23,374 nucleotides of DNA from a virus (taxonomy: Duplodnaviria; Heunggongvirae; Uroviricota; Caudoviricetes): positions 73,023 through 96,396 of the IMG/VR virus record IMGVR_UViG_3300032156_000002; one strand, written 5' to 3'. Shown piece after piece: positions 6,447-15,154 of the stretch; the stretch's first letter is position 1, and each line of letters starts with the position of its first letter. The notes under the pieces were generated by a model that saw only the letters and a list, made by a program, of their open reading frames with translations, was not told the DNA's origin and did no database searches. The translations under genes were made by a program, and so were the position numbers.

Positions 6447-8187
6447 GAAGGAAACCTTTGGCGGCGCGAACTACAACGCCGAAACGGGCGACAGCGGGCG
6501 CAAGTGCGACGAGTGTGTGTACTTCGCCGCGGACCGCTGTGACAAGTGGAAACGCAAGGTGGCACCGGACGGCATTTGCAATGCCTACTCGCCACGACCG
6601 GAGGGCAGACTATCCATGAGCGAAGCGATTATCAACCCCGAGTCACCCGAGGCCATGCCGATGCGGTCCACGGACCTCTACATCACGCGCGTGTCTCTTG
6701 ACCCGCAGACACGCCAGCGCCGCTGGTATGCGACAGCGAGCGGGACGAAGAAAGACCTGTACGGTGACAACATGACCGTCATGCTGTTCAAGGACTTTAT
6801 CAAGCGCATCGAGCGCGGTGACGAAGCCCCCGAGCCGTTCAAGTCGCGCTCGTGGAACGGCGGCCTGCCGTACTTGTCGGTGGCTCACTACCTTGACCTT
6901 GACGGGTTTGGAGTGGCGGGCAAGACTGACCAAGTTTGGGCCGACGGCGACATTTTCAAGGCCAAAGGCACGTTCTCGGATAGCACCGTGGGACGAGCCG
7001 CCTACGAGGCGGTCAAGCGCGACATCGAGAGCGGAAAGCCGCCGAGCGAGAAAGTCAGGATTTCCATTGCGTTCATTGACTGGGGCCACGGGCACGAGGG
7101 CGCAGGTGGCGTCTTTGCCCGAAAGAGCCTTCTGGACAGGTGCCCGCACTGCGATAGCGGGCTGGGGAAGAAATCCTACCGGGAAGGGCAGATAGTGCAT
7201 TTGGCCTTGACCCGGAGGCCAGCCTACCCCGATACTGAAATCCAACTAGAGGAGCGAGCCATGACTACCCGACTGGAAGATGCCTCAAGCATTGTGGGCG
7301 ACGAACTCGCCAAGGACCTCGAAAAGCGAAGTGGCGCTCTCACAGAGCGGGCCGAGCAGGCTACTCCGGGGGTTGTCGTGGTCCGCGACGATTCTAGCGC
7401 CGCCGCCGAGAAGGACAAGGCCGAGGCCAAGCCCGAGGTCGAAACCTCCGGCTCCGCGACCGTGGAGGAAATGTCCATGGCCAAGGACGGATTCGGCACC
7501 ACGCTCGACGAGGCCGAAGCCTTCCTCGCGCGCTCGAAGGAAAGTCCGATTCTAGACGGCTGGGGAATTCTCGCCGCCGTTATCAAGAACGCATCCGCCC
7601 GGCCCGCGGCCGAGCGCGAGTCGCTCGTCGAAAAGGCGTTGGTTGAATTCCGCGACCGGCTCGATGTGGTCAACCTCGACACGCTGACAGCCGTGCGCGC
7701 ATTCCTCGACAAGGCACCCGCGCCCGTTGCGCCGTCTGCGCCCGGCGCGCCCGTTGTTCCCGCGCCCGCACCTCACGTGCTCGATGAGGGAATGGAGAAT
7801 CTCAGGGCGGTCTATGACGAGGCCCTTGGCACCGCCAATGCCACCGCGCAGGAGAAGTTGGCCGCAATTCAGCCTGCGATGAATTCGCTGGCCGAGGTCA
7901 TCATGCGCAGTGTCGAACCGCAGGCTCCCGCCGCCGAGGCGGCCTCCGCCGGTGAAACGGTGGAACTCACGAAAGCCGTACAAGCACTCACGGGGGTTGT
8001 CGCTACCCTCGTTGGTCGAGTTGATGGAATCGAAAAGCGGAGTGTGACGACACCGCGCGCCCCCGAGGCTCCGGCCCGGCGCGGCATTCGCATGGTGCCA
8101 GCCTTACCCGCGTCCGTGACTCGTTCCGCGACCGGCAAATTGTCAATCCGTGACATTGCCCGCAGGAGCGTGGGACTCACTGAATAA
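6439..8187 (+). CDS. Prohead (capsid maturation) protease-scaffold fusion with an N-terminal 4-Cys HiPIP-like domain
   Basis: HK97/assemblin-type protease pattern: ASGTKKDLYGD, candidate catalytic His (SVAHY, 6886), candidate catalytic Ser (RISIAF, 7063) and HLALTRRPAYPDTEI. An Ala/Pro/Glu-rich helical scaffold-like C-terminus follows, directly upstream of the MCP. GTG 6439 overlaps the upstream stop; alternative RBS-preceded ATGs lie at 6616, 7261 and 7477. Confidence 0.75.
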   Translation: MAEKETFGGANYNAETGDSGRKCDECVYFAADRCDKWKRKVAPDGICNAYSPRPEGRLSMSEAIINPESPEAMPMRSTDLYITRVSLDPQTRQRRWYATASGTKKDLYGDNMTVMLFKDFIKRIERGDEAPEPFKSRSWNGGLPYLSVAHYLDLDGFGVAGKTDQVWADGDIFKAKGTFSDSTVGRAAYEAVKRDIESGKPPSEKVRISIAFIDWGHGHEGAGGVFARKSLLDRCPHCDSGLGKKSYREGQIVHLALTRRPAYPDTEIQLEERAMTTRLEDASSIVGDELAKDLEKRSGALTERAEQATPGVVVVRDDSSAAAEKDKAEAKPEVETSGSATVEEMSMAKDGFGTTLDEAEAFLARSKESPILDGWGILAAVIKNASARPAAERESLVEKALVEFRDRLDVVNLDTLTAVRAFLDKAPAPVAPSAPGAPVVPAPAPHVLDEGMENLRAVYDEALGTANATAQEKLAAIQPAMNSLAEVIMRSVEPQAPAAEAASAGETVELTKAVQALTGVVATLVGRVDGIEKRSVTTPRAPEAPARRGIRMVPALPASVTRSATGKLSIRDIARRSVGLTE

Positions 8188-8258
8188 GTCCGCCAGAGCG
8201 CGTGCCGCTTCACGAGCGGCGTCAAGCGCAAGGCCATCTTTGTTTGGAGGATAGCACC

Positions 8259-9440
8259 ATGACTGAGACCATTGCCCCGGCGCTTGCCGCGGGAGAAAAG
8301 GTAATGAACTTGGGCGAGGGCGAGGCGGCATTCGTGTCGCGCGCCAACGACCCCGTGATGTCGCCCGTGCCCTATGCACGACCGAGCGACTTCGCCGCGC
8401 AGTACCCGACTCCGCTTGACCCGACCGAAATCATCGCCATGTGCGAGGAACTCTCGGTCTGGCAGGCGCTCCCCGAGGAAACCACGGCGCTCTACCAGCA
8501 CACGTGGCGCGAGTTGAACGCTCTGGCCTTCGCGTCCGGGTCATCGTACATCTCGTTCGCGGACGGGAACTGCCCTGAGGAATACGCGCACGACGGGTCA
8601 AACACGACCATCACCCTCAAGAACATCGGCGCAAAAAAGAACCTCAGCGTGTCCGACATCATGCACTCCGCCGCCGTGGCCGCGGCCAATTGGAACGGCA
8701 TCAATCGGCTGGTAGCCCCAATGGCGTCGAGCGAGGGAATGCCCGGTGGTTCGAGCGAGGGGTCCTTCCGGCAGGAATACGTGGCCGACCTGAAGGAAAA
8801 GGAAATCCGGCTGGCCATGACTCTCGTCCTCAATGGATGGGACCGCCTGCTCGTCGCGGGCAATGCCGGAAACAACGCCCTTGAGTTCAGCGGCATCGAA
8901 ACTCTCGTGGCGACCAACTGCGCGAACTACATGGCGGACACCACCTCGGGGTCCTTCAGCGCGCAGGCGTTCGACCGGTTCCTTGCCCGCTCGTGCGCGA
9001 AGCCGACGGTCATCTTCGGGCATCCGCAGGCCATTCAGGAAATGATGATGGCCTACTTCGCCCTCGGCTTCAACGGTTCGCAGGTCGTGAACTTCAGTAC
9101 CGGCGACCGCATCACCCCCGGATTCAACTTCGGCGGGTTCGTGAACACGGGCGTCGGGCGCTTGGGTGTCGTGAGTGACAACAACTTCACCCGTGTCCCC
9201 GCGGGAGCCATCTTCCGCTCGGACCTGTTCGCCCTCCGCATGAATCACAACGGCGTGCCGCTGGTGTTCAAGATTACGCAGATTCCACTCGCGTTGCAGG
9301 ACTTGACCCCCGGATGCACCGCCATCGCCTTCGAAGTGTGGGCAAAGACGGCGCTCATCGTGAAGCACTGTTGCGCTCACAGCCGCTACCGTGGCTTCTT
9401 CACGGGCACCATCACCACGACCTGCCCGGTCATCGGGTAA
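8259..9440 (+). CDS. Major capsid protein (HK97 fold), 393 aa
   Basis: Strong GGAGG RBS at 8246-8250 and ATG 8259. It follows the protease/scaffold gene. EKEIRLAMTLVLNGWDRLLVAGNAGNNALEFSGIETLV fits the HK97 spine-helix 'e..l..G......EFdGl' pattern. A terminator follows. Confidence 0.8.
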   Translation: MTETIAPALAAGEKVMNLGEGEAAFVSRANDPVMSPVPYARPSDFAAQYPTPLDPTEIIAMCEELSVWQALPEETTALYQHTWRELNALAFASGSSYISFADGNCPEEYAHDGSNTTITLKNIGAKKNLSVSDIMHSAAVAAANWNGINRLVAPMASSEGMPGGSSEGSFRQEYVADLKEKEIRLAMTLVLNGWDRLLVAGNAGNNALEFSGIETLVATNCANYMADTTSGSFSAQAFDRFLARSCAKPTVIFGHPQAIQEMMMAYFALGFNGSQVVNFSTGDRITPGFNFGGFVNTGVGRLGVVSDNNFTRVPAGAIFRSDLFALRMNHNGVPLVFKITQIPLALQDLTPGCTAIAFEVWAKTALIVKHCCAHSRYRGFFTGTITTTCPVIG

Positions 9441-9486
9441 CGGAGATGCTTTGTCCTCTCCCAGCGGGTGAAGTGCCTTAGAAGAT

Positions 9487-9529
9487 AGTGGGCGGGGTAG
9501 GCTCCATGCCTCCCCGCCCACTTTCCTTT
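9487..9529 (+). terminator. Rho-independent terminator after the MCP
   Basis: AGTGGGCGGGG-T-AGGC / loop TCCAT / GCCT-CCCCGCCCACT forms a 15-bp stem with a 1-nt bulge, followed by an imperfect T-tract (TTCCTTT). Confidence 0.8.
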
Positions 9530-9619
9530 ATCCCGTCATCGGAGTCCGAGGACCTGCTTGTGTATCCGGTTGGACTGGACGACAATATGGGTGGTTCGAG
9601 CCGCCCGTATGGAGACGAG

Positions 9620-9931
9620 ATGGCACAGCAAATGTGGGATGACGACCTCCCGAAGCAGGACCCCATTACCAACGCCGCTGGCGAAGTGGCAATGAAGTAT
9701 TATCAAGAGATGCAAATTCTTGTCCCTTGCGGCCGCGATGACGGCACCAAGGGACAATACGTTTTTGTGGTCCGTAACCACGTCGCCCTGTCTTGGGTGG
9801 ACCCGCGCGACATTCCCTGTCTGCGCGCCATCCGGGGCGGTTGTTGCGGTAACAGGCGGCCCGGCGTCATTCTCTACGCCAACGCACGCGACGTGGAGTT
9901 GTGGATGGGACAGAAGCCCGGAGAGGATTGA
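9620..9931 (+). CDS. Hypothetical protein (103 aa) with a GGCCG motif
   Basis: GGAGA RBS at 9611 and ATG 9620. The longer ORF-track start at 9488 runs through the terminator. Confidence 0.55.
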   Translation: MAQQMWDDDLPKQDPITNAAGEVAMKYYQEMQILVPCGRDDGTKGQYVFVVRNHVALSWVDPRDIPCLRAIRGGCCGNRRPGVILYANARDVELWMGQKPGED

Positions 9932-9932
9932 G

Positions 9933-10619
9933 ATGCCATCTAAAAAGGCAACGACCAAGAGCAAGGCCGAAGAAAAGAGCGCGAAAGCGACCGTCGTCGG
10001 AGACGCCTATCTCCTGCGCGAGAACATGAACAAAGAGACCATGACGACGGCTCTCATGCAGATGAACGACGAAGAACTGAGAGCGATTGCCGTGGCCGAG
10101 GGATTCGGGTCGCAGAGTTTGAAGAAAGATGAATTCGTGGCGGAAATCGTCTCAAAGTGGCTCTCTAGTTCGACGCCATCGCGCGCCACCCCGCGGCCAG
10201 CACCCGCGAAGCCTGCGAGCAAGGCGAGGCCTGCGCGAGAGCCGAAGGCCAAATCAGGCGTGAGCGCCGTGGCGGTAGCGAGGGGCGAGGGTCCGGCCGC
10301 CGTTGTGGGCAATGCCTATCTCCTGCGCGAGAACATGAGCCGCGACGACATGGCCGACCTCCTCGATAAGATGTCGCGCGAGGAACTTGAGGCCGTTGCG
10401 GTCGCGGAGGGATTTGTCCAAGACGACGCGACAAAAGAGGACCTCGTGGAGGCGATTCTCAATCGCTGGGCGGCGATTCCGTCAGTGACCGTGAACAGAG
10501 GCGGCGTAGTCGGAGACGTGCGGCCCGGCTATGCTCGGGTCTATCCCGAGCCTCCGGCCAATCCCAACACGCCGAGGTCTGCGCGTGTTGGACGCATCTT
10601 TGGCGAGACGGGGAAATAG
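9933..10619 (+). CDS. Protein with two tandem Rho-N/HeH-like helical modules separated by a Lys/Ala/Pro linker (228 aa)
   Basis: GGAGAGG RBS and ATG 9933. VVG(D/N)AYLLRENM...M(N/S)xEEL(R/E)A(I/V)AVAEGF...K(D/E)(E/D)(F/L)V..I occurs twice, with a 25-bp identical stretch at 10005-10029 and 10314-10338. Confidence 0.65.
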   Translation: MPSKKATTKSKAEEKSAKATVVGDAYLLRENMNKETMTTALMQMNDEELRAIAVAEGFGSQSLKKDEFVAEIVSKWLSSSTPSRATPRPAPAKPASKARPAREPKAKSGVSAVAVARGEGPAAVVGNAYLLRENMSRDDMADLLDKMSREELEAVAVAEGFVQDDATKEDLVEAILNRWAAIPSVTVNRGGVVGDVRPGYARVYPEPPANPNTPRSARVGRIFGETGK

Positions 10620-10622
10620 GCC

Positions 10623-11576
10623 ATGACCTATCCGCGTCAGGAGTTTCTCAACTTCCAGCCGGACGAGACGGACAGGTGGAGTGCGGTCGAGCCGGTCCTG
10701 CGGTTCGACGACCTCGCGCCGCGCGACGACAGCCTGCCCATAACGCTCTCCGTTATGATTGCGGCGAACGACTACCGCAAGGCACAGATACTTCGCACCC
10801 TTGAGTGCTTGGCCCGCCAGAAGTTCCGAGACATCGAAGTTCTTGTGGCGCAGATTGGCGGCAATCAGGACCTCGGGGAGGCGTGCGCGAGATTCTTGCC
10901 GTACCTGCGAGTGCGCTTTTTCAAACTCGAACGCGAGGGTTTCGCCGCCGACCCGAGCCGCGGCTTCCGGGCGATGATACCCGAGGCGCAAGGCGACTAC
11001 ATCGCGGCCATGCAGGCCGAGATTATGCTGACCGAGGAGGCGTGCGGTGTGCTGGTACGCTCGATGCGCGACCCGATGCTGGGGTCCACTTTCCATAGTT
11101 GCCTTGACGCTTCGCCGCTTGAGGACTGGTTGAGCAAAGAGAAATTCATCGTCCTGCGCATCGGCTTCCTCGATGGACAATGCCAACAGGCGCTCGACCA
11201 GACGGACTGGCACAGTCACGTCCGAGAAATCGAGCAGATATACTCCTACAACCGGCACGGAGAAGGATTGTCAAACCGCGGCAACACCTTCTGGCGGCCC
11301 GCTATCCATTTCCCGTGGTGGTTCGTCGGTTGCGCGAAGCGCGAAGCGGGCATCTGGAAAGATATGCCCGAGATGCTTGGGCACGCGATGATTGACTTCT
11401 ACTTGATGAACTACCGCATCTCCTACGGCTACGTGGACATTCTGCCGCCGGGGTTGTACGGCTACCATCAGTACCACTTTCGCACGGCTGTCGGCATGAA
11501 GGACGAGGAGCCGACCATGCGCCTTGCGTTACAGGAAAGGGCGCGAAGGGAGAGGGGAGGCGAGCAGGTCGAATGA
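10623..11576 (+). CDS. GT-A fold (GT2-like) glycosyltransferase with an atypical metal-binding motif
   Basis: LSVMIAANDYRKAQILRTLECLARQKFRDIEVLV is a GT2 N-terminus. GDYIAAMQAEIML occupies the position where DxD is expected. Confidence 0.65.
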   Translation: MTYPRQEFLNFQPDETDRWSAVEPVLRFDDLAPRDDSLPITLSVMIAANDYRKAQILRTLECLARQKFRDIEVLVAQIGGNQDLGEACARFLPYLRVRFFKLEREGFAADPSRGFRAMIPEAQGDYIAAMQAEIMLTEEACGVLVRSMRDPMLGSTFHSCLDASPLEDWLSKEKFIVLRIGFLDGQCQQALDQTDWHSHVREIEQIYSYNRHGEGLSNRGNTFWRPAIHFPWWFVGCAKREAGIWKDMPEMLGHAMIDFYLMNYRISYGYVDILPPGLYGYHQYHFRTAVGMKDEEPTMRLALQERARRERGGEQVE

Positions 11577-12409
11577 GGATTGCCATTGCTGGTTTCCGGG
11601 GGAGGCTTGGGTCGTGGCTGTTCGAATCTGGCGGACCCGACATCTTTGCGCTGGACGTGGACTGTGCGGACCCGCATGCGGTTGGTGAGTGCATCCAAGA
11701 GTCCAAGCCCGATGTGATTATCAATTGCGTTTCGTGGACCAAGGTGAACGAGGCGGAGGACCCGGCCAACCGGGAGGCCGTGATTCGCGCGAACGTTCGT
11801 GCACCCGGCGTCCTGCGGCGCGCCTTCGGCGGCTACCTCATCCAACTCTCCTCGGGTTTCGTGTTCCCCGGCACGCCCCTGCCGCGCGTCATCGAGTACA
11901 ACGAGAACGCCAAGACCAACCCCGTCAACTTCTACGGATTTTCAAAACTGGGGGGCGAGGCGGCGGCCCGGCTAGGCAATGGGCCGACACTGGCGGTCCG
12001 AACGCTCGACCTGTTCGGGCCGGTGGCCATTCCCGGCAAAGAGGATTTCGTGCAGGGCGTGGTGCGCATCCTGCGGTCCGGTCAACCATTTCCCACGCGC
12101 CCGTTCTACATGCGCCAGCCGACGTACATCCCTGAACTTGCGCGGGTATTGCTCGGCATTGCCAGATGTCAGAATCCAATCACGGGGATTCTTCACCTTG
12201 CCGGGTGGCCCGCCACGGATGCGCGCCACTGGGCCGAGGCCGTGGCCGATGCCTATGGTCTGCCCAAGGATGGCATCTGCGGAGGTTATGAGCCGAAGGT
12301 GCCCCGCCCGTTCGGCGCGGTCCTGAACGTCAGCAAGGCGAAGCACCTCGGAATCAATATGATGTTCCCGACGGACGCTCTCAATATCATGGCGCGAGGT
12401 CAACAGTGA
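11573..12409 (+). CDS. rmlD: RmlD-like NDP-4-keto-6-deoxyhexose reductase (extended SDR)
   Basis: Motifs MRIAIAGFRGRLG, IINCVSWTKVNEAE, LIQLSSGFVF, PVNFYGFSKLGGE (YxxxK) and QPTYIPELA. ATGA overlap with the upstream gene. Confidence 0.8.
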   Translation: MRIAIAGFRGRLGSWLFESGGPDIFALDVDCADPHAVGECIQESKPDVIINCVSWTKVNEAEDPANREAVIRANVRAPGVLRRAFGGYLIQLSSGFVFPGTPLPRVIEYNENAKTNPVNFYGFSKLGGEAAARLGNGPTLAVRTLDLFGPVAIPGKEDFVQGVVRILRSGQPFPTRPFYMRQPTYIPELARVLLGIARCQNPITGILHLAGWPATDARHWAEAVADAYGLPKDGICGGYEPKVPRPFGAVLNVSKAKHLGINMMFPTDALNIMARGQQ

Positions 12410-13110
12410 AGTTCAGTGTCGTGCTCCTTACCTTCAACAGCCCCAGCCGCTTCGAGAAGCGCATGGACGAACTGGCCTACTGGACGGCTAACCGCGACGC
12501 GGAGATTGTGCCCGTGCTCAACGGACCCGTGGACCGCGAGTACAGCCTTTTGCTTGCGCTGGCCATCTCGCGGAGCGCACACGAGCCGGGCGCGCCCTTC
12601 ATCCGACCCATCGCCATTCCGATAAACCACGGCTTCGCCGGAGGCATGAACATCGGCGCGCGCTCGACCGCGGGCGAGATTATCATTCTCCTCAGCGATG
12701 ATGTGCGCATTGCCGGTGACTTCCTTACCCCAATCGAGGCGACCCTGAGGCGCGGCTCGCTGTCCATCGTCTCCAAGACCATTGTCAACTTTCCGGGCGG
12801 ATGGAATCAGTTTGGCGATGTTGTTGTGGCCTACCCGGACGGGTCACTGGTGGCCATGCGCAAGTCAATATGGCAGGCACTCGGCGGTTTCGACGAGCAA
12901 TTCACACCCGCGGGTTTCGAGGACGTGGACCTCGGGTATCGGGCCGCGCAACTCGGCTTCCCGCTGGTTGCACTTCCCAACCTGCCGGTGGACCATAGCG
13001 CGCCGGGCCAGTCTGCGCCCTACAACAAAGAACGGTTCGACCGATGTGTTCGGATGAAGGCGTTGTTCGCCGCGAAGTACGGATTAGAGAACGTGCCTGC
13101 GGTTCCGTAG
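12406..13110 (+). CDS. GT2 family glycosyltransferase
   Basis: Motifs KFSVVLLTFN, NHGFAGGMNIGA, IIILLSDDV, GGFDEQFTPAGFEDVDLGYRA. GTGA overlap. Confidence 0.85.
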   Translation: MKFSVVLLTFNSPSRFEKRMDELAYWTANRDAEIVPVLNGPVDREYSLLLALAISRSAHEPGAPFIRPIAIPINHGFAGGMNIGARSTAGEIIILLSDDVRIAGDFLTPIEATLRRGSLSIVSKTIVNFPGGWNQFGDVVVAYPDGSLVAMRKSIWQALGGFDEQFTPAGFEDVDLGYRAAQLGFPLVALPNLPVDHSAPGQSAPYNKERFDRCVRMKALFAAKYGLENVPAVP

Positions 13111-13119
13111 GAGAGGGTC

Positions 13120-14052
13120 ATGCCTGCCAAGCGAAAGATGCGCATTGCGTTCGCGATGATATATTATCCGGTAGCGATGGGGCGTTACTTCCTTGAGGCC
13201 CTGCGCCGCCGGAGAGATGTCGAGTTGTGGACGTTTGGCCCGTACACGGCGCAATGGATTCCGTGGGACGGCGGAATGAACCTGCCCACGCGCTACGTGT
13301 TCCGGCCAGACATGCCGTTATCAATGCCGCCATTCATCTCCTACGGCTGGGCCGAGAACTCGAAGCCGTGGGAGCCGGACCTGTGGCTGGAAGCAAATGC
13401 GGCTATGCAAACCGAAGGCCGACCCAAAGGCAAGTACGCGGTGGTAGGAACCGACCCGCACGTTCTCGACTACACGCCCCAACGTCGGGCGGCGGACTTC
13501 TTCTTTGGGATGCAGGGGCCGTACCTCAAGCCGGGCGACATCTGGCTTCCCTATGGCTACGACCCCCTTTGGCATTCGTTCTCGCCGGTTCCCGCGGCGC
13601 TCCGCACGAACGATGCGGCACTCATCGGCCTCCACTACGAAAAACGCACGCAACTTGTGGACCGACTGCGGGCACTCGGACTGACCGTGCACTATTCCAT
13701 CGGCCCGGCCTATGAGGACGCGCGCGCCATCTACCATGACACGCGGGTTGGCCTCGACTGGGCCAGCCTGCAAGACCTGAATGCGCGCGCCTTCGAACTT
13801 ATGGCCCTCGGGTGCGCGCCGCTTCTTTCGCGCGTGCCGGACCTTGGGACACTGTTCGTGGAGGGCCGCGATTACGAGGGATTCGATACTCTTGATGAAG
13901 CCGTGGCCAAGGCGGTTGCTCTTGCGCGCGACCCCGCCCGCGTGGACGAACTTGCGCGCAATGCTCGGCGCGCGGTCGAGCCGCACACATGGGACGCTCG
14001 CGTGCGCGACATCCTGCACAAGACTGGGCTATTGCCCGAGGCGGAGTGGTGA
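13120..14052 (+). CDS. GT-B glycosyltransferase, CgeB/Glyco_trans_1_2-like
   Basis: LNARAFELMALGCAPLLSRVPDLGTLFVEGRDY...HTWDARVRDIL matches this family's C-terminal pattern. GGAGAGG RBS. Confidence 0.8.
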   Translation: MPAKRKMRIAFAMIYYPVAMGRYFLEALRRRRDVELWTFGPYTAQWIPWDGGMNLPTRYVFRPDMPLSMPPFISYGWAENSKPWEPDLWLEANAAMQTEGRPKGKYAVVGTDPHVLDYTPQRRAADFFFGMQGPYLKPGDIWLPYGYDPLWHSFSPVPAALRTNDAALIGLHYEKRTQLVDRLRALGLTVHYSIGPAYEDARAIYHDTRVGLDWASLQDLNARAFELMALGCAPLLSRVPDLGTLFVEGRDYEGFDTLDEAVAKAVALARDPARVDELARNARRAVEPHTWDARVRDILHKTGLLPEAEW

Positions 14053-14471
14053 CACAACTTCCATCCGAAGGTTACAGAGTCAATCGGGTGAAACATCGCG
14101 GCGACCCCAAGAGTGCTGTTCTTGAATCTGGCGACGCGGTGACGAAGCAAGACCGTGTTTTCTTCCGCATTCCCATCGCGATGGGTCGCTTCAGCGCGCT
14201 GGACTGGGTATCCATCAAGTGCGCAGAGTACCACGGGGAACATTTCGTCTACCTTGACCCCCTCTACGAGAACGACAAGGACACGGGCAGGGGGCATTGG
14301 TTCGCGGCATGCACCTGTGGAAGTCCGGCGGTGTTGATTGGCCCGACGGATGCGCAGATTGAGGACGCGGGCGTAGAGGAGCAACTCTTGGTGTGCTTCC
14401 TGTATCACAAGACTCTGACCGAAACGGGCTTTGGCCGCCACGCAACGACGGGAGAAAGGCCGTGGGCATGA
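14049..14471 (+). CDS. Hypothetical protein (140 aa) with Cys/His clusters
   Basis: GTGA overlap upstream and ATGA overlap downstream. Contains HWFAACTCGSP...VCFLYH. Confidence 0.6.
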   Translation: MTQLPSEGYRVNRVKHRGDPKSAVLESGDAVTKQDRVFFRIPIAMGRFSALDWVSIKCAEYHGEHFVYLDPLYENDKDTGRGHWFAACTCGSPAVLIGPTDAQIEDAGVEEQLLVCFLYHKTLTETGFGRHATTGERPWA

Positions 14472-15154
14472 AAGACTACGCGCGATTCGACAAGTACCTC
14501 GACGACCTCTCGCAGGATGTCCGGCCCCAGCCGGTGGACGATGGGCATAAATACTGGGCGACCATCGGGTTCCGCACGATGCTCGCGCAGATTCCAGAGC
14601 ACGAGCGGGGCCAAAGGCGTTGCCTCGATGTCGGATGCGGCGAGGGCTTCATGGAGCCGGTCATTGCCGCCGAGGGCTACCAGTGGACCGGCGCAACTAT
14701 TGGGCAGGACGGCATAGATGCCATCGCGCGGGGGATGAATGTCCAGTACGCCGACATGACTTTCCTGCCGGTTGAGGACCACTACTTTGACCTCATTTTT
14801 GCACGGCACGTTCTTGAGCACAGTCCGTTCCCCGTCATCACCTTGATGGAGTGGAGACGCATCTGCAAGGGCTACCTCATTCTCATTGTTCCCTGCCCCG
14901 ACTACTGGGAGTGGTACGGCCGCAATCACTACGCGATGGCGAACGTCGTCCAGTTGCGTTGGTGGCTCCGCCGGTCTGGCTGGCACGTGATGCACGAGTC
15001 GACTCTCAGCACAACCGACGACGAATTCCTGCTCATGTGGCGGCAGACGCCGCACCCGCAGATGGGCAACCCCGGCCCGGCGGCCCGCTTCCCCGAGGAC
15101 AAGACAGTTGAGTACCGCTTGCTCTGCAAGGCGAGCCTCGAGGTCGTCGAATGA
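14468..15154 (+). CDS. Class I SAM-dependent methyltransferase
   Basis: Motif I CLDVGCGEG, plus ADMTFLP and FDLIFARHVLEHSP. ATGA overlap. Confidence 0.85.
   Translation: MKDYARFDKYLDDLSQDVRPQPVDDGHKYWATIGFRTMLAQIPEHERGQRRCLDVGCGEGFMEPVIAAEGYQWTGATIGQDGIDAIARGMNVQYADMTFLPVEDHYFDLIFARHVLEHSPFPVITLMEWRRICKGYLILIVPCPDYWEWYGRNHYAMANVVQLRWWLRRSGWHVMHESTLSTTDDEFLLMWRQTPHPQMGNPGPAARFPEDKTVEYRLLCKASLEVVE

Noticed and set aside
6472-6588. HiPIP-like domain as the missing E3 electron donor for RfbH
   Set aside because: HiPIP clusters are high-potential and poor reductants for this chemistry, and the domain is fused to the head protease 12 kb away. There is no supporting evidence.
9488-9619. Longer N-terminus for the gene after the MCP
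   Set aside because: It overlaps the terminator hairpin, and a better RBS precedes ATG 9620.
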